Notes under the pieces: generated by a model
The model's database searches: none
What the model was told of the DNA's origin: nothing
Seen by the model: only the letters and a program-made list of their open reading frames with translations
Virus record (IMG/VR): IMGVR_UViG_3300011339_001211
Coordinates: 1-30,050 of that record
From: a virus
Lineage: Duplodnaviria; Caudoviricetes
Strand: one strand, 5' to 3'
DNA: 30,050 nt
Program-made: the position numbers and the translations under genes
In this document: in pieces, positions 23,798 through 30,050 of the stretch
Numbering within the stretch: the first letter of the stretch is position 1
Layout of the letters: each line of letters opens with the position of its first letter

Positions 23798-24439
23798 ATG
23801 AAAAAGGTTTCTGCTGAACAGATTCAAGAGAATCTAGATAAGTTTTATTCTTACATTGATCAATACATTTCTGAAGATAGACGAGAAAATCTGAAGGAAT
23901 TCTACAAAGGAATTGAAGAGACTCTATCTACTTCTCCTGCTTCTTCTAAACATGCACATCACAATTGTTTTCCTGGAGGTTATCTTGATCACGTTCTTAG
24001 AGTTATTGAATCAGCATTAGTATTTGACAGAGTGTGGTCAAAGTTTGGTCAGAAAATAGATTATACAACTGAAGAACTGGTTTTTTCAGCAATTAATCAT
24101 GATCTTGGAAAGCTAGGAACAAATGATCAACCATTCTATGTTCCTAACGATTCCCAATGGCACATAGAGAAGCAAGGAGCGTACTATAAGTACAATACTA
24201 ATATAACACATATGAGGATTGCAGATCGCAGCCTGTATTACCTCCAGCAAGCAGGAATACCTGTTACAGAAACAGAATTCTTAGCAATAAAATTACACGA
24301 TGGTCTTTACGAAGAGGGAAACAAAGCTTACTATATGCCTTACGGACAAGACTTTCAAATTAAAACAAATTTAGTTCACATTCTTCATCAAGCAGATCTA
24401 ATGTCCGCTAAGATCGAAGATCAAATAAACAAATCATGA
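23798..24439 (+). CDS. HD-domain phosphohydrolase (YhaM/Cbf1-like)
   Basis: SPASS...HH..FPGGYLDH, NHDLGKLG, LHDG, LHQAD. Confidence 0.85.
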   Translation: MKKVSAEQIQENLDKFYSYIDQYISEDRRENLKEFYKGIEETLSTSPASSKHAHHNCFPGGYLDHVLRVIESALVFDRVWSKFGQKIDYTTEELVFSAINHDLGKLGTNDQPFYVPNDSQWHIEKQGAYYKYNTNITHMRIADRSLYYLQQAGIPVTETEFLAIKLHDGLYEEGNKAYYMPYGQDFQIKTNLVHILHQADLMSAKIEDQINKS

Positions 24440-24711
24440 TAATAACATGGATAGTAGTAGCACTTTGGGTGCTAACAGTAGTTGGATACGTTGTATTTAA
24501 TCTGTATCAAAAGAATAGAAAGTTAGAAAATATGGTAGTAAAGCAACAGCTTTTTATCAACGAAGTTATGGCTAACTATAAAGAGATCGATCTTCTGGTA
24601 GATAAAATAGATAAAACTCTTTGGGTTCAATCTGATCCTGAGTTTCTACAATTGATCGAAGAGATGAAGAATCTTCAAGGAATGATTAAACAATATACAG
24701 AAAGTAAGTAA
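24436..24711 (+). CDS. Small membrane-anchored protein (91 aa)
   Basis: N-terminal TM IITWIVVALWVLTVVGYVVF followed by a helical tail; ATGA overlap with the upstream gene. Confidence 0.65.
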   Translation: MIITWIVVALWVLTVVGYVVFNLYQKNRKLENMVVKQQLFINEVMANYKEIDLLVDKIDKTLWVQSDPEFLQLIEEMKNLQGMIKQYTESK

Positions 24712-24713
24712 GC

Positions 24714-25463
24714 ATGGAAGAAATAGTAGAAGTTGTAGAGGTAGAACTTACTAAAAAAGGTCAACCAAGAAAGAGAAAACCCAAAACAAAGAATAATTAC
24801 TTTACAGAAGATACTGAAGAGGCTATCTTAGAATATAGGCGAAGTACTAATCAAGCTACGAGAAATAAAATATATAACCAAAGAATTCACCATGGTTTTT
24901 ATAAGCTCGCTGAAAATATCATTCATACATTCAAGTTCTATTACACAGAAGTAGATAAAATAGAAGACCTTAAATACGAAGTGGTATCTTTCTTGCTTCA
25001 GAAATTAGATCTATATGATCAATCAAAAGGTAAAGCCTATTCTTATTTTGGAACTATTGCTAAAAGATATCTCATTATCTACAATCAAAAAAACTACAAA
25101 AAGTTGGTTAATAAGATTGATATTCCTAATAACGAAGAAGACGATGAAAGTTTTAAACAAGCAATTATAGTAAAGGAATATTCAGAACCTGATAGGGGAG
25201 ATATTATTGAAAGATTCTCTATACTTTTAGAATCTAAAATACCTACATTATTCGAAAAACAAGACGAGATAAATGTAGCTTACGCCATACTAGAGATCTT
25301 TAAAAAAAGGGAAAACATAGAGATATTCAATAAAAAAGCCCTTTTTATCTATATTAAAGAGATGACAGACTGTCAATCTAACACAATAACTAAGGTAATT
25401 AAGAAAATAAAAGGATTGTACGTTCAAATACTCAATAACTATATTGAGAATGCGGACTATTGA
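24714..25463 (+). CDS. RNA polymerase sigma-like factor (probable gp55-type late sigma)
   Basis: NNYFTE, KLAENII, and LDLYDQSKGKAYSYFGTIAKRYL resembling sigma region 2.3-2.4 (FDP..G.AFSYFT.I); located just before the baseplate genes. Confidence 0.7.
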   Translation: MEEIVEVVEVELTKKGQPRKRKPKTKNNYFTEDTEEAILEYRRSTNQATRNKIYNQRIHHGFYKLAENIIHTFKFYYTEVDKIEDLKYEVVSFLLQKLDLYDQSKGKAYSYFGTIAKRYLIIYNQKNYKKLVNKIDIPNNEEDDESFKQAIIVKEYSEPDRGDIIERFSILLESKIPTLFEKQDEINVAYAILEIFKKRENIEIFNKKALFIYIKEMTDCQSNTITKVIKKIKGLYVQILNNYIENADY

Positions 25464-25470
25464 TATTTAT
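25463..25470 (+). promoter_or_regulatory. Putative late promoter motif ATATTTAT
   Basis: On the + strand where genes are +; 16 nt upstream of the ATG at 25487. Confidence 0.6.
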
Positions 25471-25486
25471 TTATAAACTTAGTTCC

Positions 25487-25870
25487 ATGGAAGAACAAAG
25501 CAAAGAGATATTTGAAGGAAAAACAATTTCTGATCTTGCAAAAGAAATATATAACAAACACAAAGAGCAAGACGAGGCCCTAAAATCAAGAATAAACCAG
25601 TTGGGAGACATGGTAGAAAGTCCTGGTGATGCTATCGTTATTGTTCCCATGCTAAAAGGATACTTTGATTCAAGTCTTAAGAACGATGAGGTCCTAATGA
25701 AAATGCTTCAAATATTTCAAAAGCAAGAAGAAAAGAAAGCTGCTGGTGCAGAAGATTCAAGTCTTCTTACAGAAAAAGATATTCAACAGCTATTTAGCGA
25801 AGTTTCTAGTTACACAGTATCGGCTACAGAATCAAAACAAATAACAGAGGAACCTAAAGATGGCCAATGA
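25487..25870 (+). CDS. Hypothetical helical protein (127 aa)
   Basis: Start re-assigned from the TTG at 25460 to the ATG at 25487 (MEEQSKEIFEGK), downstream of the promoter motif. Confidence 0.6.
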   Translation: MEEQSKEIFEGKTISDLAKEIYNKHKEQDEALKSRINQLGDMVESPGDAIVIVPMLKGYFDSSLKNDEVLMKMLQIFQKQEEKKAAGAEDSSLLTEKDIQQLFSEVSSYTVSATESKQITEEPKDGQ

Positions 25871-27095
25871 TATAATATTTGGTTCTACTCCTGAAGGAGG
25901 CGTAGGAAGTAGTCACGGTCAATACTTTATTATTGGTCGTGTTACTAGTATTGTGCTTGGAGAATTCTTTGACGACGGAAAAACTAAAAACCCAGAGTAT
26001 AATAGTCCTGCTGATGTAGGTAAAGTAGATTTTGAGATGCTATACACTGGTCTTAATTTAAGAAGAGCCAACAAAGTGTCTAAGTCTGCTTTTCCTATAT
26101 TCTCTTTTATTAAACAGTATCCTGTTATAGGAGAAATTGTTTACATAGTTTCTGGACCTTCTGATGGTCTTAACGATAATTACAAGAATCAAAAGCTTTT
26201 TTATTATCCTCCTTTTTCTTTATGGAATGCTGTTAACCATAACGCATTTCCAAACATGGATCAGTATTCTGAGTTCTTAAAATACTATTCTCAACAACCA
26301 GGATATCAAGGATCGACTGACGCAGCTCAAGCAAAGTTACCTCTTGGAGTGTATTTTCAAGAGAATCCAAAAGTAAAGTCTTTAAAACCTTTTGAAGGAG
26401 ACTCATTAATAGAAGGAAGATTTGGTCAATCTATAAGATTTGGTAGTTCTAATCCAAACAGAGGAGACAACGATACATGGTCAATAGGAGTATCTCAAAG
26501 CGATTATCAAGGGAAACCGATAACAATAATTGTAAACGGTCAAGGAAAACCAAGTGTAAAAAACTCCGATCTATTTTCTCCTACTGTAGAAGACATTTCT
26601 AGGGACGACTCATCAATCTATCTAACATCGGGTCAACCTATAAGAACGCTAAACATATCTGATATAAGATCTAAAAAGTATGAATTTCCTTATAAAGGAA
26701 ATCAAGCTTTAATATGTTCAGATAGAGTAATGTTATTTTCAAAAAAAGAAAACGTAATACTATTTTCTAAAAAAGAAGTAGGCATATCAGCCAATACGAT
26801 AGTTAGTGTATACTCAGGAGAAAACACTGTTATAAATTCTCCTAAAATTCAACTTGGAGATGAGTTTGCAAGAGAGCAGGCGATGTTAGGAACAACGTTT
26901 ACAATACAATTAAAAAGACTATTAGAGAACTTAATTTCAGCAGCAGGTTATCTACAGGATGCTTCTACTAGCGATCCAGGAACTACTGCTGTTAAAGCTA
27001 GAATAGCTGGTAAAGAGATGCAACATGCTAGTCAAGTTATGTTAAACTACTTAAATGAAGAATTACACTTGTCTAAAACTACATATATTAAGTAA
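25860..27095 (+). CDS. Baseplate hub/spike protein (gp5/gpV-like)
   Basis: N-terminal OB-fold-like GRVTSIV...YPVIGEIVYIV; beta-rich EGDSLIEGRFGQSIRFG and SDRVMLFSKKE...ISAN...INSPKIQLG; upstream of gp25 and gp6. Confidence 0.6.
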   Translation: MANDIIFGSTPEGGVGSSHGQYFIIGRVTSIVLGEFFDDGKTKNPEYNSPADVGKVDFEMLYTGLNLRRANKVSKSAFPIFSFIKQYPVIGEIVYIVSGPSDGLNDNYKNQKLFYYPPFSLWNAVNHNAFPNMDQYSEFLKYYSQQPGYQGSTDAAQAKLPLGVYFQENPKVKSLKPFEGDSLIEGRFGQSIRFGSSNPNRGDNDTWSIGVSQSDYQGKPITIIVNGQGKPSVKNSDLFSPTVEDISRDDSSIYLTSGQPIRTLNISDIRSKKYEFPYKGNQALICSDRVMLFSKKENVILFSKKEVGISANTIVSVYSGENTVINSPKIQLGDEFAREQAMLGTTFTIQLKRLLENLISAAGYLQDASTSDPGTTAVKARIAGKEMQHASQVMLNYLNEELHLSKTTYIK

Positions 27096-29038
27096 TGGCG
27101 GTAAGCAAAATTATACAAGCTAAGATAGATAAAAAGACTTCTCAATTAACTGATACACAGAAGGCAAAAGCTGTCGCGTATAAAGATAAAGTAGATAAAA
27201 GTAATGCTAGAAAAGAAGCGAATTTTAAAGACACTTCTTCAAAGTTAAGTGGAAAAACTATAAAATCTTTTGGGTTACAAAATACTACCTCAGCTACTGG
27301 ATTAGAGAAAGCAATATTCATCGCAGGAGATGCACTAATAAAAACACAACAAGCAGTAGATGATATATTTTACGGTAAGTTTGAAGGAGTTCCAGAAGAA
27401 GTAAAAAACAAATTTACTAGATCTATAAAAAAAGCAATAGACGAAGGATTAATGAATACTTTCGATAAGCTTTCTGAAATAGATTTGTGTAATGTTTTAA
27501 ATGCCGCACTAAATAAAGATCCAAAATCTTCTAAATTTGATCCAGAAAATAAACCAACTAGTGATTTAGGTATTGCTAAATGGACTTTGCAAAAAGCTGC
27601 TTACGATACACAATTAAAAATAGATGAATATTATTCTAGTTATACTGATACTTCAAATCAAGAATCAAAAGCAAAGGCAGTATACTCAATAGTAAACGAA
27701 ATAAAAGATTCTTTCAAAGAGATATCGGATCCAACTGCAGTATCTGCCTTAAGAGATCCTAAGTTAGTTTCAAGTTTTCCTCAAATATCTACTGTTACTT
27801 CAACTCTAGAAAAGTACTTTGGAGACTTTAATAAGTACACTGATTATAGGCAAATCCCTTCACAGGATCTACAAAGACTTATAAATAATATCGATAGAGT
27901 AAGAGAAATATGTATATTGATACAAGGGCTTACTACTCCAGCTTCTGCTATAAGTTTTGTAGACTCAGTTTTTCCTAATGCTAATATAGCAGAACAAATT
28001 GCTAGACTTGAAAAATTAATTCCAATTGAGCAACTTTATAGATTTCTAACTATAGTGGTCAAAACTCTTGGTAAATTACAATCTATATGTAATATGTTCT
28101 CTACGTTTATTGCTTTTGGCCAAAAGATCATAAGCATAATGGTTTTGGTAGTAAAAGCATTAAAGATAGTAGTTAAGTTCATAAAAGCTCTACCTATTCC
28201 TTTAGTATTTGTTGTTTCTGGAGTAGTTACTACAATAGATGATCTTTTACAAAATGTTGTTATAAAGTTTTTAGATAAAATATTACAAGTCTTAAACCAA
28301 ATAAATGTATTATTATCATTATGTGCAGCTATAGTAGAGCAAGTTAGCGTAGGAATATACTACATAGTTAGTGTGATTAATACAATGTTAGAAAATCTAA
28401 AAGGCTGCACTAATGTAGATAAACAGCTTATTAGCGATATGGAGACTCAAAGAGATAACCTATTGAGTACAGCAAACGGATTTGAAAGTTTTGTAGATAA
28501 TTACAAAAATAAAAATACCGAAAGTAACAACACATTAGGGAAATATACCATTCAAATAGTAACAGAGGAAGTAGTAGATGATGCTATAAACTTAAGAAGA
28601 CGATATGGAATAGCTCAAGAGGTAAATGGTACTATTGTAGCTAAGTCACAACCTACATTTGCATCAGATGATAGAATTATAATTAATGAAGTGAAACAAC
28701 AGTTAGCTAGTCTCGGACTTATAAAATCAGAAAATTTATCTTCATTCACTCTTGAAGAATTAGCTACTATAGAAGAGTCTCTTAAGTTTTTAATGGATGA
28801 TAATATATCGTTAAATGAAGTACAAAATACAGATTTTGATAATGGACTTGATTCTGGAAATAATGAAAATGAAAATAATGGCGTTGGACTCAATGCATTT
28901 GCTAACAAACTTCAAGGGGGAAAGAAACTTAGAGAGAGAATGAGAAAAATGATGAAGCAAAACTCTGATAAACTTAAAACTAGTTTATCTTCTAGTGGAA
29001 CAAATTTAACTTTTAACACAGCAAACTTGCCTCAATAA
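27095..29038 (+). CDS. Large helical protein with central hydrophobic segments (647 aa), baseplate cluster
   Basis: Long ORF; hydrophobic IISIMVLVVKALKIVVKFIKALPIPLVFVVSGVV and VSVGIYYIVSVI. Confidence 0.55.
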   Translation: MAVSKIIQAKIDKKTSQLTDTQKAKAVAYKDKVDKSNARKEANFKDTSSKLSGKTIKSFGLQNTTSATGLEKAIFIAGDALIKTQQAVDDIFYGKFEGVPEEVKNKFTRSIKKAIDEGLMNTFDKLSEIDLCNVLNAALNKDPKSSKFDPENKPTSDLGIAKWTLQKAAYDTQLKIDEYYSSYTDTSNQESKAKAVYSIVNEIKDSFKEISDPTAVSALRDPKLVSSFPQISTVTSTLEKYFGDFNKYTDYRQIPSQDLQRLINNIDRVREICILIQGLTTPASAISFVDSVFPNANIAEQIARLEKLIPIEQLYRFLTIVVKTLGKLQSICNMFSTFIAFGQKIISIMVLVVKALKIVVKFIKALPIPLVFVVSGVVTTIDDLLQNVVIKFLDKILQVLNQINVLLSLCAAIVEQVSVGIYYIVSVINTMLENLKGCTNVDKQLISDMETQRDNLLSTANGFESFVDNYKNKNTESNNTLGKYTIQIVTEEVVDDAINLRRRYGIAQEVNGTIVAKSQPTFASDDRIIINEVKQQLASLGLIKSENLSSFTLEELATIEESLKFLMDDNISLNEVQNTDFDNGLDSGNNENENNGVGLNAFANKLQGGKKLRERMRKMMKQNSDKLKTSLSSSGTNLTFNTANLPQ

Positions 29039-29045
29039 TATTTAT
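29038..29045 (+). promoter_or_regulatory. Putative late promoter motif ATATTTAT
   Basis: Ends 5 nt before the ATG at 29051. Confidence 0.58.
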
Positions 29046-29050
29046 ACTAT

Positions 29051-29500
29051 ATGGAAAAGAAAAGCGCAAATGAAATCATAAGGCAAATAATAAGGGAAGA
29101 GATTACCCGAGCCTTAAGAACTGAGCTTCCTAAGATCCTTAGCGAATCAACAAAATCAGTTACAGCTCAGCCAAAAAAATCAAATCAACCTCCGATGACT
29201 TTAAACTCATCTCCTATGGTAAGGTTTGAAGACATTAAATTTAAACAATCAAGCAATCCTTTAGCTTCTTTGCTAAATGAAACCGCTAAAGACATGCTCA
29301 ACGAAGACAGCGCAATGCACTTCTCAACATCAGATGTAAGCGCAGGAATGCATCCAGCAATGGCATTTCAACCAAGAGAAGTTGCAACAGGAGGAGTAAA
29401 TGATATGCTAGCTACAGCAAAACCTAGCTCTAACATAGATGCTGTACAAATAAATGTTGTTCCCGACTATTCTGCAATGATGGAAAAAATGGGAATTTAA
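29051..29500 (+). CDS. Hypothetical virion-associated protein (149 aa)
   Basis: IIRQIIREEI...ILSE, NPLASLLNETA, DYSAMMEKM; directly upstream of gp25. Confidence 0.6.
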   Translation: MEKKSANEIIRQIIREEITRALRTELPKILSESTKSVTAQPKKSNQPPMTLNSSPMVRFEDIKFKQSSNPLASLLNETAKDMLNEDSAMHFSTSDVSAGMHPAMAFQPREVATGGVNDMLATAKPSSNIDAVQINVVPDYSAMMEKMGI

Positions 29501-29502
29501 TC

Positions 29503-29916
29503 GTGGCGTATAACCTTAGAAAAATATCGCCCCTTGATCTTAAGCCTTCAACTGGAGTTGGAGTTAAGTTACCTTTTGCTGGACCAAGTGTGTTTACTAC
29601 TGTATACACTACTAAGGAGCAGTTAAAGTACAATATACTTAATTATATGCTTACTGATCTTGGAGAGAGACCTATGAATCCTAATTTTGGAATGGGACTT
29701 AGATCAAGACTTTTCGAAAGTATTACTGAAAGTACTCTTGATGATATTAAACAATCCATACAAACACAAATAGAGAATATGTTTCCAGTAGTTCAGATAC
29801 AGAGATTAGACGTTATAGGACAACCGGGTTATAACTCTATAAACATACAATTTAGTTATACTATAAAGACTTCTAAAGAAACAGATTCAATACTATTAAA
29901 GATACAAAACGTCTAA
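29503..29916 (+). CDS. gp25: Baseplate wedge subunit gp25-like (GPW/gp25 family)
   Basis: QLKYNILNYMLTDLGERPMNPNFGMGLRSRLFE is the gp25 signature; GTG start. Confidence 0.9.
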   Translation: MAYNLRKISPLDLKPSTGVGVKLPFAGPSVFTTVYTTKEQLKYNILNYMLTDLGERPMNPNFGMGLRSRLFESITESTLDDIKQSIQTQIENMFPVVQIQRLDVIGQPGYNSINIQFSYTIKTSKETDSILLKIQNV

Positions 29917-29917
29917 G

Positions 29918-30050
29918 ATGCCTAATAATATAGATGTAAAATACCTAAACAAAGACTTTTCGACGTTTAAAAACGAACTGATAGAATACGCTAAGTCGTA
30001 CTATCCTACTGTTTACAACGATTTTAGTCAAGCGTCACCAGGAAGCATGT
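29918..30050 (+). CDS. gp6: Baseplate wedge protein gp6-like, 5' part only
   Basis: Hand translation MPNNIDVKYLNKDFSTFKNELIEYAKSYYPTVYNDFSQASPGSM; typical gp6/gpJ N-terminus after gp25; truncated by the window end. Confidence 0.8.
   Translation, partial: MPNNIDVKYLNKDFSTFKNELIEYAKSYYPTVYNDFSQASPGSM

Noticed and set aside
25487-25870. Small terminase subunit call for the 127-aa helical protein
   Set aside because: Size and helicity are compatible, but there is no recognisable motif and it is far from terL; left as hypothetical.

Overview
A gene-dense, AT-rich 30 kb segment of a large T4-like myovirus genome, probably infecting a Bacteroidota host. The host call is inferred from TAnnTTTG-type promoters, the lack of obvious Shine-Dalgarno sites and a Q+1 signal peptide. 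The window splits at about 23.0 kb into two divergent arms. Read in transcription order, the left (minus) arm encodes DNA primase, a fused Mre11-Rad50 (SbcD-SbcC), a cluster of accessory proteins, a GH19 endolysin, a nuclease fusion, a spanin-like pair, large terminase, portal, core-like proteins, prohead protease and the start of the scaffold gene. The right (plus) arm has a candidate structured RNA, then small early-type genes, an HD hydrolase, a gp55-like sigma factor and baseplate genes (gp5-like, gp25, start of gp6). Five observations stand out. (1) An 826-aa protein joins three unrelated nucleotidyl-transfer folds through linkers that end in prohead-protease-type L/I-x-E sites. (2) Many neighbouring proteins share such propeptides, suggesting a protease-matured, capsid-packaged enzyme payload. 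(3) A roughly 240-nt non-coding element contains an 8-bp long-range pseudoknot. (4) A strand-specific ATATTTAT motif, essentially the reverse complement of the T4 late promoter, precedes late genes. (5) The scaffold gene has a pseudoknot-like leader. Family assignments come from motif recognition only; no searches were run. No tRNA, rRNA, CRISPR array or transposase was seen.
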